64,000 bases of DNA from Eledone cirrhosa (GCA_964016885.1 OZ024745.1:43772001-43836000); one strand, 5' to 3'. Positions 38,760 through 51,198 are shown, numbered from the stretch's first letter. A program made the numbers and translations. Notes: generated by a model not told the origin, from the sequence alone.

Positions 38760-40735
38760 GTGTTTGTTCATATAGTACCAAGACCAACCCTGAACAAATA
38801 ATTTAAAATATTAACATTTGGAACAAGGTAAGAGATAAAAGCAAACACAGCTACAATATCCAGTTGTAACGTGACAATGTGCTGTCCCTACAACAAAATG
38901 TAACATGATTATATCCATAAGAAGTCTTTTTTTAAACTTTTGATTAAGATTTTAATGTTCTGTGGTTTTCTTGAAACTCATTTTAACATCAAAAGACAGA
39001 AGGACTAAAATAAAATAACTGCATGGAATGGAGGTTATTTATCTATTAACCTCCCTCTTTCTCCTTTCATCATTTAACATCCATTTTCCCTGCTAGCAAG
39101 GGTTGGATGAAATGGCACAGACCAGGTCAGTATTCAAGTGGAACTACTGACCTCTCAGATGGGTCGAAGACCTGCATCTTGCCACCCATATTCTTATTGT
39201 TGCTAAGTGATGGAAATATCAGTAAAAATTCACCAAATCCAATCATTCTGTCTAAAATTGTAAAATGCTAGGAGACAGGGATCTCATCTAGAAATCAATT
39301 TTATAATTCTTCATGTTATTATCATTTAAATTCCAGTATATCTGGATAGTGAAAAGGTAAAACATCTGAGTAATTGAATGTATGCATATGTTGTGAGAAT
39401 CTGTAATTTAAAAAGAATTTTCAGTAAGCCCTTTACAGTCTTTTGTTTCAGTGTTATTTGAAAGACAAACCTTAGCTGAAACTAATACTTTAGAAAAACT
39501 CGTACAGCAATAAGCGAGGGCAGATGTAATTGATGCAACTACACAGAAGAGAAGATTGCTCCATTACAGAAGATACATCTTCCTACATTAATGGTTCTCG
39601 ATGTAATCCGTTTCTCAGAAGTGAAACATTCTATTACAGTTTGTTTTTTTTTTCGTTTTTTTAGATGTTAAAGGCTAGGCACATAATGCCCACCAATTTA
39701 ACACTACTTCTCTCATGGGTGCCTTTAACAGAGCTCACTTTGTTACAAGCACTCAGACAACACTCAGCAGGGATTATTCTAATTTTACAGCACACCAACA
39801 CCCTCTGCACTTCTCTAAATAACAGAATACTAAACTGCCTGACCAATTCCCCCTCGTCTGCTATAATGTCTGGACTTTGAGCTAACTTAGAGCTCACACA
39901 CCACATTTTACTGACATGAAAACAAAACATCCTCTTTGTGACATCAATCACTCAACCTTTATACATTGTCTATCTCTGCTATCTAGGCTACATTGTATTT
40001 AAATTTCACTTTGAAAAATGGTGTCTATACATATACAGATTCCACTCTTCCTGCCACCCACCTTATATAAATAATCTTCCATTTACTCTGGTTCAAAATT
40101 TCTCTTCCCCATTCCTTCAAAGATATTTGCTTCCTCTGCTCTCTTCAAGCCATCTACAACTCTTTAACCATATCTTTTCTGCATTGATGAGGACATTTCC
40201 CTTCTCTCAAGTGATCAACCTCCATGGCTTCAATATTCACAACTTTTCTTGGCTCTTACACTCACCTCATACCGATTCCATTACACAAATAGAAACTATT
40301 TGCACAGACTACGCGTAACCCTCATCAACACGCACTTTCTCTAAACACAACCCCTGTTCTCTTTTTCTCTTCCAAACTATGTCTAACAAATTAACATTGT
40401 ACTTATCAGGTCATACAACCATTGTCTAATTGCAACTACTTGCCTTGCTCCTCCCCACATCCACTATGGCACTTCATATCAGCTGAATCATCAGAGCTCC
40501 ACCAGTTCTATTAATACAATCTATGCAGTGCTAGTTTATACAAATAGTCAACCCTTTGGAATCCCTTCCCACTTGGAAATGTTCAAAAGGAATGTTAACT
40601 GAATCTATGTCTTGGAGAGCCTATGAAGGCCAACAGCATAGCCTCGTCTTCCAGAACAAACCAATAGAAAATATCTTACATATAGAAAGAAATTCTCAGA
40701 TTTTTCAGGTACATTAGCTAAAATATGATCTAAAA

Positions 40736-40877
40736 CATGCATGTCAAACTGAGGGTCCCCAAGGGCCACATGGGTCCATATGTGTTGTCTGAGGGCTACA
40801 CATGACAACTAATTTTATGGAGATAAAACGTGCTCGCTGTAAAAACCTTTGTGCGGGCCGCAGGTTTGACATGCCTG
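40736..40877. mobile_element. hAT (Buster/Charlie-type) MITE, 142 bp
   Basis: TIRs CATGCATGTCAAAC and GTTTGACATGCCTG; perfect 8-bp duplication ATCTAAAA (40728-40735, 40878-40885) with central TA. Confidence 0.93.
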
Positions 40878-42917
40878 ATCTAAAAGACTGAAAAGTTTAA
40901 ATAGAAAAGTAGGTAGACTATATATTATAACCCAGGGCTCTTCAGTTGAGTCAAGGGGATAACCTCTCTCATGGTTGGTGACATAAATACATCCAGTACA
41001 CTTTGTAAAGTGGTTGACGATAAAAAGAGCATCCAGCCATAGAAAACTTGCCAAACAAAGGGTCAGAGGAACCTTTAAGCAGTGTCAAAGACTTCACAAT
41101 CTCTCTAGAGTTGGTATCAATAGAATTTACCCAATGTACTTTGTAGAGAGTAGGAATGTATGTAAGCAAGATGTCCCCTTCTCCCAGTCTGAGATATCAA
41201 TACTGACTTGGCCTGTGATGATCTGTGCAACCATTACTATTAGGACGAACAGATGTTAAATGATGATGATCACCAAGTTTATGAAAATGAACGGATCCCT
41301 TTTGTTTTACTTTTAAATTTCTTGTATTGTTTCTAATTTCATGATCTTAGCTTCAACATTATTTTGAGCTGCCATAAATTTGAGTTAATGAATCATCTTA
41401 GCAAAAGATTTAATATCAGATAAAATAAATATTTTATAGAAATTTATAAGTTATTATACATGAACATTTTTTTCAAAGAGAAAATCTTAAGAAATCTGAT
41501 TAGTAACCAAACAACATGATAATCATGGGAAAATATTAAATGTTTTAAATCGACTTTTCTTTATTAACCAAAAGACAGTTAATTCTACTCTTGAGATGAG
41601 TTTTCACTAGCCTATTTCACTACTAGTTCAAACTATTGTTACTTACATTTTACTGTATTTTTAGCATATACTCAATTGCCTATGTATGAGTGCATTATGA
41701 CTAACAAAATGTTATTACACTTTCAAATTGAAATACTTTATAAAGAAAATATTAAGAAATTATGAAAGTAAATAGAGCTGAAGTTTGATTTTTAGAATCA
41801 ACTTTGGTGTGAGGGGAAAGCATAGTCATATCTAATAAGTAGTTAAATACATATAGGTTTTTCTTTTGTTTTGTTTTTTTAAGACAATATCTAGAATGAT
41901 ATAATGGTTCAAATCAGACTTAGTATAACTTTGTTGTTATATAAGACAAATTCACAACCACTGAAAAAGTGGCAGGACTATCTAAAAGTTAAAAAGCAAG
42001 AAAAATTATGTTGAATCTAATTAAATTAAATAAAAAAAAAAAAGTATAAAAGGTGCAGGCATGTGTGGTTAAAACATTCCATTTGCAACTACATGGGTTC
42101 AAGTTTAGTCCCATTGTGTGACACCTTGGGTAAGTGTTTTCACCAAGTGGCTGCAAGTAAATTAGGTAAATGGAAACTGTGCAGAAGCTCGTTATGCATG
42201 CACATGCATGCATATACTTCAACATGTTTTCATATTAACACTGCCTAAAAAGCTAGCATGATTTATTTATGCCCAACAGGTTAGAAGTTCAATGGGTAAG
42301 ATCAATAGAATAAGTCTCATATTTCAAAATGAAGGCTGGCATTAGGAAGGGCATCCAGCCACAGAATACTGCCTCCATGCCAGCATACAACCCATGCCAG
42401 CTTAGAACAGCGGACATAAAAGTGATTATGATGATGGTGATAATACATTCACTTCGCAATACATTTCTGATATGGTTTTGAAACACATTTTTCAGTGAAG
42501 TAGAGATACTAGCATACCAAACTTGTTGCTTAACTGTGACACTGAGTCTAATTACTTAGCTAACAGCCAAAGGTCTGTTGATATTTAAACTGACAAGCTA
42601 TGTCTGGTTTCAAATGGAACAAATGTATAATTTATATGAAGATATAACTAATAAAGGATGAGAATTAGCTTGGTAGAAAAAATTAAATGGCAAACACAAA
42701 GTATCCCATTTTAAACTCGTATCTCTGTTGATCCATTTATCTCAGAGTCGACCATAATGTGATAGGTATGAATAAACATTTGTGAATACTTATATCAATC
42801 ATAGAATTTATTTACAGGGGTAAACTGATATATATTTTTTTAAATATAGCTATTTTTTTTTTAGTTCTGGGAAGAAAAATTGCACACTTAAAATTAAGGT
42901 AAATAGAAGAGATATTA

Positions 42918-43243
42918 AGAGAGAGAGGGGATGAAAAAGAGAGAGAGGGGATGAAAAAGAGAGAGATGGAATGAAAGAGAAAGAAGGGAATGAAAGAGAG
43001 AGAAGGGGATGAAAGAGAGAGAGGGGGTGAAAGAGAGAGAGAGGGGGTGAAAGAGAGAGAGAGGGGGTGAAAGAGAGAGGGAGGGGGTGAAAGAGAGAGA
43101 GAGGGGTGAAAGAGAGAGAGGGGTGAAAGAGAGAGAGGGGGTGAAAGAGAGAGAGGGGGGTGAAAGAGAGAGGGGGTGAAAGAGAGAGGGGGTGAAAGAG
43201 AGAGAGAGGGGGTGACAGAGAGAGGGAGGATGAAAGAAAGAGG
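42918..43243. repeat. Polypurine minisatellite, unit about TGAAA(GA)nGGGG, 17-22 bp
   Basis: Visible tandem array; almost all purine with about one T per unit. Confidence 0.95.
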
Positions 43244-44336
43244 AGGCTAAATAAATATGAGAAATATTTGTCCTTATGTCTGACAACTTGATGGCATGCA
43301 AGTAATTTCTCTCAATGAAATGTCACCTATTAAGTCACTCCCTACAGCAACTATCTAGGAAATATGCTAGAGAGGTGAGCATGTCAAATTTAAACTTGAA
43401 ACAAATGTAAGCCCCTAGTAATTATTTTATAAAATGTTCACTTCTATTTTGAACACTATGATAAACTACATACCAGTTACATTGTTTTAATAATTACTTT
43501 CATACCAAATGGTTAACATGTTTTACATTGTCTTATATGATATAAAAAGCAACATACATTAATTCACCAACTTTTAACTAATGGTTGCATGGTATAAATA
43601 AATTTCATTAACCCTTTTGTTACCATATTTCTGATGAAAATACACTGCCTATGTTTTAATTTGGTAAACTGATGTTTGGAACATTCCTTAACAAAAATTT
43701 CTTAAAATTATGATGGAAGGTTCTAATATATAAGATGGACACTTTTGTATCATAAATCTGGGGGCAGTTTCAGGTGGGTTAGTATCAAATGGGTTAAGTT
43801 AAACAAAGTATATGTAGAGTAACATTTACACATTTGTGTCCATTTAGATACATTGCCCTTATCAGTTTAAGGTCTTTTTCTCCACTAAGTGGCATAAGAT
43901 TAAGCAGATTTGCACAACATATTTCCTTCAGTGGTTTCTAACTTGCTTCATCTCATCAATGTGGCCTCATTTACTATCAAGTGATCTTAATCTAGATAAA
44001 GGTTAGATATGAAGAAAACATTTTCATTCCTCTTGCTCAAATGTTTATCTTTATGAAAGCTGGTTCACTGAGAACAGTTTGCTGAAAATGTCGACAGTTT
44101 GGTGAAAGTTGTTATTCTAGGACTCATCATCATAGGTTTTTTTTACATTTGCTTTCTCATACTGAGAGAGTTGAAGAGACTTTTTTTTTTTTATAGAGGC
44201 TGGAAGCCATTCCTGAAATGAAACATTGTTTTTTTAAGTATGGTACTTATTTCACTGATTATCTGTCAAACCTCAGAGCTGCAGGACTTAAACATCATTC
44301 TTTAATGAGACATGCACACACAATGATGAGCTTCCA

Positions 44337-44565
44337 TTAACCCTTTAGCATTTAAACCGGCCATATCCAGCCAGAATTCTCTCACTTCTTCCCTTTCAAA
44401 CCAGCCATAACTGGCTATTCGTACTTGTGTTAAGGTATTGTTCTCAAAATAAATAATATCAAATTTTCGTACATTCAATATTCTGCGAGATAATTATATG
44501 GAATAAAGTGTTTACCATGAAAATACAATAGTAAGTATAGCGTAATGTAAATGCTAAAGGGTTAA
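44337..44565 (-). mobile_element. TTAA MITE family A, copy 4 (intact ends)
   Basis: TTAA-CCCTTTAGCATTTA...TAAATGCTAAAGGG-TTAA, perfect 14-bp TIRs; abuts a CORE-type SINE. Confidence 0.92.
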
Positions 44566-45913
44566 GGCCCTATCTACAAAATTTCACTTACAAGGCAATA
44601 GTGAGCCCCGTAGAAGACACTTGTACCAGTTGCCATAACTGAATTCAAACCTGAAACCATGTGGTTATGAAGTGAAATTCTTAACCACACTGTGCCTACT
44701 CATATCTAATAAAAAGCGGAAAATTATCTAATAATTCATTAACATTTTGTTTAAAAATTACCAGCCATAATCATAGGATTTGATTTAAATAAATTATTGA
44801 TAGGAAACAATCATAGAAAACAAACAAAAAAAATGAAGTTAAAATATTTCAGTTGAAACTATCTGATTAGCAAATGTAAATCTGGTATAACCCTTTTGAA
44901 ACCAAACTGGCTGAAGCTGATCCTGGTTTCATAATAGAAAGCTGTTTTTAAGTTATGCCCCAAATGCCAGCTTAATAATGAGAAAATTAGTTATATATTA
45001 CTAAAACCCTCTTGATTATTCTCAAACTGATTTGAAAATCATAGATAATGTATTATTAGAGATATGGTAATGAAAGGGTTAAAAACTACGATATGACTAT
45101 GTTGAGGTCCAAGTCATAAATCAGAGATCAGCAACATTTTTGCATCAGCAGGCCACATAGGAAATTAATGAGTGGATCATGGGCCAGATAAATGACACCA
45201 AAAATATGAAACATGGAAATTTATCCTTTTACATACATTTAATTTAATTATACCATTATCAAATCAATGAATAGTGAATACTTAATTACTTTTGCTTAGT
45301 GAAAGATGCCAATCAGTAATCAAAGAACTCAATTTAGTTGCAATTTATTTCAAATCGTTATGAACATAAAATGAATTGGAGTAAATTAACCCATTTGATT
45401 CCAAACTGTCTGTAACTACCAGTGGTTCTACAAGACTAACCTGTTTATTTTGAAGTACTTATATTTATCTAAAAACCTTTCATCATAATTCTATGTGAGA
45501 ACATTTGTTAAGATAAGTTCCAACACATCACCTTAATATTGAGAATGTTAGTTATATTACTAAACTCCAAATCTTTGATTATTTCCAAAATGATTTATAA
45601 ATTAGTGTTTTTTCTTAGAAATATGGTAATGAGAGAGAAAATCATGTAGCTTTAATGCAAACAGCGTATGAATCAATGTGGAACTTGATGCTGTTTGTAG
45701 CTTGAAAGTTCCTCAATATTAGATGTCAGACTTATTGATACCAATAATAAAACATTATCCAGATGGGGATTAGTTAATTTTGTTCTCAAATGATTCTCAG
45801 TATGCTTAATTTTAAAAAAATAATTGCAAATATAACCATCGATTTTCTTTGGATAACTATGACAGAATATTTCCCAGTTAGAATATATTTTCTATAGTCA
45901 CAAACATGGCTAT

Positions 45914-46112
45914 TTAACCCTTTAGCATTCACATTACTCTATATATACTATTGTATTTTGGTAGTAAACACTTTATCTTACATAATTATCTCACATAATA
46001 TCGAATCTATGAGATTTTGATGTTATTTATCTTGAGAACAATACCTTAACATCAGTATGAGTGGCCAGTTACAGCCAAATTGATGCGGCCGGTTTGAATG
46101 CTAAAGGGTTAA
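45914..46112 (+). mobile_element. TTAA MITE family A, copy 5
   Basis: TTAA-CCCTTTAGCATTCA...TGAATGCTAAAGGG-TTAA. Confidence 0.92.
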
Positions 46113-46269
46113 TTAAGTAGTTTTGGACACTCCCTTTGAGTGGCACTTCGGGCAAGTATCTTCTATAACCTCATGCTGGCCATTACCTTCTGAGTAAAAT
46201 TTGATAAATGGAAACTGTGCAAGCCCACCATATATCATCACCACCAATGTTCACTTTTCTAGGCATACA

Positions 46270-47506
46270 TACAAGGTTGGTCTGTCCCAAAAATAAGAGA
46301 ACTAATTTTCTTATGTATGACATGGTAATGTAGCATCTCGCTGTTGGCTATGACCTTGGCTTGGCTGCACATACATTCTTGTCTCTACATGATCAATTGA
46401 GTCAGCCGTGAGTTAATTCTGTTTATGTACAGATGTGTTTATAACCATTGTTACATTAGCAATGCAGGAAAATATCAAACAATAGTACGCGATCAAATTT
46501 TATGTGCAACTCAAATCTGCTACTGAAGCATTTAATTCTTAAACATAAGCTTATGGAGATGCCACTCTATTGAGAAAGTCTTTAAGTAACACAAATCGTT
46601 CAAAAGCGGACAAAGTTCTAGAAGGCCAATCTCATCAACAAATAAACAAAATGTGGAAGTATGGCAAGCAGTGATGGCGAAAGATTGCCAATTAAATGTT
46701 AGGATGATTGCAAAAGAAACAAGCTTGGATAAAAATGCAGTAACAGATCATTTGCACATGCCAAACTATTGTCCAAACACTTCTCTGTGGAGCAAAAAGT
46801 GAACCAGTTGGAAATTTGTCAGGATTTGCTAGAAAGACTCAAAATTGAGCCAAATTTCTTGGATAAAGTAATAAGAGGAGATGAATCATGGGTGAATGGG
46901 TATGACCCAGAGACAAAACAGCAAAGTGAGGAGTGGTACCTGAAAAATTCTTATCCAAAGAAAGCACGCCTGAGCAAATCCAGGATGAAAATGATTTTTT
47001 TCGACAGCCATGGTATTGTTTACAAAGAATTTTTACCTCCAGGACAGACAGTTAATCGCAACAAAGTGGTCTTGGAATGACTTTGAAAATGGGTCCAGCG
47101 AGTCCAAAAGGATATTGCAGGAGATTGGGTACAACACCATGATAACACACCTGTTCATACTCCACTTTCAATTAGATTTCTGGCTATGAAAAACATTCCC
47201 ACTCTTTCACTCCTCCCTTCAGCTCATATGTAGCTCCGTGTGATTTCTACCTCTTCCTAAACTTAAAATTGAAGTTGAAGTGTCATCATTTTGGAACTGT
47301 GGAAAACAGATGAAAAATTGTAACCAATGAGCTAAGGACACTCACAGAAAATGTCTTCCAGTAGTGCTATGATCAATGAAAAAGACGTTGGAACAACCGA
47401 CTTCCCAAGGGTCGTATTATTGAAGGAGATAACTTGTAATTTCATGTATATATAATATATATTTAAATAAAACAGAAGTACCCTTATTTTGAGTACGAGC
47501 CTCGTA
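46270..47506 (+). mobile_element. Full-length but inactive mariner element (about 1.23 kb)
   Basis: TA-CAAGG...CAAAAATAAGAGAACT at the left and AGTACCCTTATTTTGAGTACGAGCCTCG-TA at the right; encloses a transposase pseudogene. Confidence 0.93.
46462..47439 (+). pseudogene. Mariner DD34D-type transposase pseudogene
   Basis: MQENIKQ*YAIKF, GDESWV..YDPETKQQS, FFDSHGIV, HHDNTPVH, VAPCDFYLF, EGDNL*; multiple stops and frameshifts. Confidence 0.93.
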
Positions 47507-49189
47507 CATATCATCATATATACTTATGCATATAAATATGTCTGTGCCTGTATTTACATATAGTTTGTTTATATCATGTAACTTAATTTATTGATCTCTT
47601 TGTCAAACCACTAAGTAACAGACTTAAAAAAATAAGGAATACTATTGATATGATCAACTCCCTTCAAGGCAGTGCTCCAGCATTGCTGCAGTCTAATGGC
47701 AGAAACCAGTCAAAGAATAGAAAGTCAAGCACTAACATCTTCAGAATTAAATTTTGATCTCAATATATCATTCATTATACCACATCTCAATCAATTGTGT
47801 GATAATTCTGATACAGTGCCTACTTCCATATCAAATGAAGTAGCAAAAAGTTTGAACTCATTTGCATGCTATCAAAAATCAACAATTTTGACTAGATTGT
47901 AAGCTTTGTATTTCTCTTTGCAGTAATATGAAGTCTTTTTTGTCCAACATTACTGGTACCTCATCAATTGTGATGCTAAATAGCTTTGTCAGTTTTATTT
48001 CTAAAAAATGTCTGCTCCAGTAAGAAAACCTTCATAGGAATTTATTCACTACACTCTTCACTGAAACACTGCAAGATATGCAGTGTCTCTGAAGTTTGTG
48101 CTCTCATCAAGCACAATTGAAAAAAAAAAATGCAATATGTTGCAAGCATCACCCAAACATGTTTCAACATCTGCTGACATTTCTTTAACTTATCATGTGA
48201 TCGTTCTAACAGACAGGCTGATAGATGCAAATACAGATTTCTTTTTTTCGACAAACAATATCCACTACTGCTGGTAAACATTATTTAACAAACTATCTTT
48301 GTCAAAAGCTTCATCTTTTCTGCAGTACATTTTAATACTGTAATATTTGGCACCTTTTCCTCTATAGCTTTTTTCTAGACCAAGGAACAGTAGCTTCTTT
48401 TTTGTAATGGTCTACAATGCTCATATGGAGTGTACCTAATACATATTAATAAAGTGATTTTGTCAGAACTTATAGATGTCAGGATTAAGTTTGAAAGATA
48501 ACAGAACCTTTGACTAATGTAACACCTTTCCTGATTGATTAATGTGAAACAATTAAAATAAGGGAAAATAGTTTGGACAGATAAGCAAAGTATCTAAATA
48601 TTTGCTCAGGGAGTGATTAAAATTGTTTCACTGGCTGGATCAGGCCATAGATTGCTTACTCCTATTATAGACAAAGTTCTTGGAGAAGCATATGTTAGTC
48701 TAAAATATATATTAGATAATTGTTAATCATATTAACTATCTGTAAGCAATTTTTTTTTAAATACAATTTATTTTTAAATATAATTTATTTTTTTAAATAT
48801 AATTTATTAAGTCACAAGTTAGAACGCTAAACTTAGGTAAATGTAATTTAAAGTTTCCCCAGCTGAATCATGTTGACAATCATTAATACTCATAAAAAGA
48901 CACATGAAAGTCACTTGATTGGAGCAATAAAAATAATTAAAAACAAAATATCTGGCAATAGGAAGGGCTGAGAGGACACTTCAATCATGAATCACAAACC
49001 TCTTTCTAGTGTTGGGGTCACAAAAATTGCACTCAGTACACTTTGTAAGGTGATAGATAAGAAGGGCATTTAACTGTAGAAAATATGCCAAAATGTGGTT
49101 GAGAGGACTCTTCAGTTGTGTCAGCAACATGACAATCTCTGGTGTTCGTTACATAAATTACACCCAGTAATCAAATATTGTGCATTTCA

Positions 49190-49226
<37 letters not shown>

Positions 49227-50267
49227 GTTACTAAAAAATCTTTTAGAAAATCACTTATGAGAAAACAAGTTATAAATCTGAATTATCAGTACTCTTCTTA
49301 ACTCCTGAAACATCTTGTAAAAATTTAGCAGCGAATATCTAAACAAGTCTGTCAAATCAAATGTTTATAGTATCATTACTAGCGGACAGGTTGCTGTGAG
49401 CATAGTTTTGTACTTTTTAATATTTTTCTAATGTCGTATCATCTGGTGCGAGATGTTATAAGAATGAATATTTAAACAATGTATTGTCATATCACAATAC
49501 AACACTTCTGTGTCACCATTACTTTAGAAGTATAGATCACAATCATAAATAGAGTGCCTTTTTATTCCCCCATCTTAGATATCAACAATTTTTCAGTGGT
49601 TCATACCTTATGTAATTATATATTAAGTTATGCACTAAGCTGCCAAAGTATGCAATAAATGTATATATACTGTATAAAAGTAACTGAGACTGCATAAATG
49701 TATATTTTCAATGTGTAAATTTATATATACATTGAGGGAGAAAGAGAAATTTTCCCTATGTAATCAAGAATATTCCTTCAGAAACGGAAGATACAAATTA
49801 ATAAACACTAAGATGAATTTCATATTCTCCGTTTAATCTATTTCTATTGATTATTACTAAGAGTGGTAGATGACAGAATTGGTAGACTAGAAGGCAAATT
49901 GTTTTGTGATATTTTGTTATATACATTCAATGTATGCATTCCAGTTTTTAGAATAGATATATCATATCCCTGCATATTGAGAAGATAACTAAAAGGGTTG
50001 ATGTCAGGAAGGACATCTGACTGTAAACATTGTCTGAAACATCCCATTCAACTCAAATATGCATGGCAAAGTGGAGAGTGTAAAAACGATAATGAATGTT
50101 ATGAATTCAAAACATGCCATAGTTGATTCTTGCTTTCCATCCTTTGACCACAAAGTAGATACTAAAGTAGAGAAGAGAAAATAATCGACTCTTCCCTCTC
50201 CATAATTATTTTTGATTATTTCTTAAAAGCATAAATTTAGTCATACTTTATACATACATATATACAA

Positions 50268-50300
<33 letters not shown>

Positions 50301-50892
50301 TACATTTCCCAATAAACAGAATATTACTACATGTAACTTAAAACCATTTCAAAAGATGGTAAAATAAAATATTGTTTTTCATCTTCAGGCAGGAATTTCT
50401 CTTTCAATTGTCAGCTGACTATGACACTAACATTCTCACATCTCAAAACAAATTAAATAATACCATCCATTTCAATAATATGCTGTATCCTGCTCCAATC
50501 TATGCAAGAATGGAAAGCAGGTGTAAAATGATGACAACGACTATGGGCTGTATTTTTGGTTGTTAAGAAAACATCTTTTACAATCTCTTCTATTTGTATT
50601 CTCTACTCTGAAAGTAGCATTCTGTCAATGTACCACCATTAACAGTGAGTTAATTCTTAAAGTTACTTGGATTTAGCACTTTTATCATCACCTCATGTCC
50701 ATATCAGTGTCACACTGACAACAAGCATACCATGCAGAAGGTTACGCTGACAAGTCTCCAGTGACACACGAAAAGAAAGAAATACATAGACAGAGTAATT
50801 GTATTGTGTGGTGGGTCTTTGTTGATTTGGGTGTGCTGCATTCCTTTACTTATATTTTGATGTTGGGAAGAGTTGAGAGAAACATTTTAGTG

Positions 50893-51198
50893 CTAAATAA
50901 TTGTTTCTACTTTGGGCACAAGGCCAGCAAATACCCAGTGCATTACTGGTACTTTATTTTATCGACCCCGTAAGGATGAAAGGCAAAGTCAACCTCGGCG
51001 GGATTTGAACTCAGAATGGCAAAGGCCGTAACTCTATGCGTCAAAGCATGGCGTCCGACCCTCTACCGATACTGCCAATCCACCCACTAAATAATTGTTT
51101 CTACTTTAGGCACAAGGCCAGCAATTATCCAGTGCATTACTGGTACTTTATTTTATCGACCCCGTAAGGATGAAAGGCAAATCCACCCACTAAATAAT
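50893..51198 (-). mobile_element. Tandem pair of family-Y SINEs (one full, one internally deleted)
   Basis: CTAAATAAT occurs at 50893, 51087 and 51190, framing two copies that both end ATCCACCCA on the plus strand. Confidence 0.92.

Larger units (their letters stand above)
45122..48664 (-). mobile_element. Decayed hAT (GTF2IRD2/SPIN-like) transposon hosting nested insertions
   Basis: Minus-strand relics VDF**HANEFKLFATSFDMEVGTVSE..QLIEM..NDILRSKFNSEDVS (47885-47725) and TKLSSLITDWHL (about 45340-45303). Ends CAGAGATCAGCAAC and ATTGCTTACTCCTA; flanks TCATAAAT and TTATAGAC. Confidence 0.62.

Noticed and set aside
39661-40600. Cluster of 70-126-aa ORFs
   Set aside because: No recognisable protein; composition suggests a decayed minus-strand LINE, but I could not pin down motifs well enough to call it.
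42915-43301. 128-aa S/L/P/F-rich ORF
   Set aside because: Translation of the GA-rich minisatellite.
46769-47080. 103-aa ORF as a functional or domesticated transposase
   Set aside because: Fragment of a multiply disrupted mariner pseudogene.
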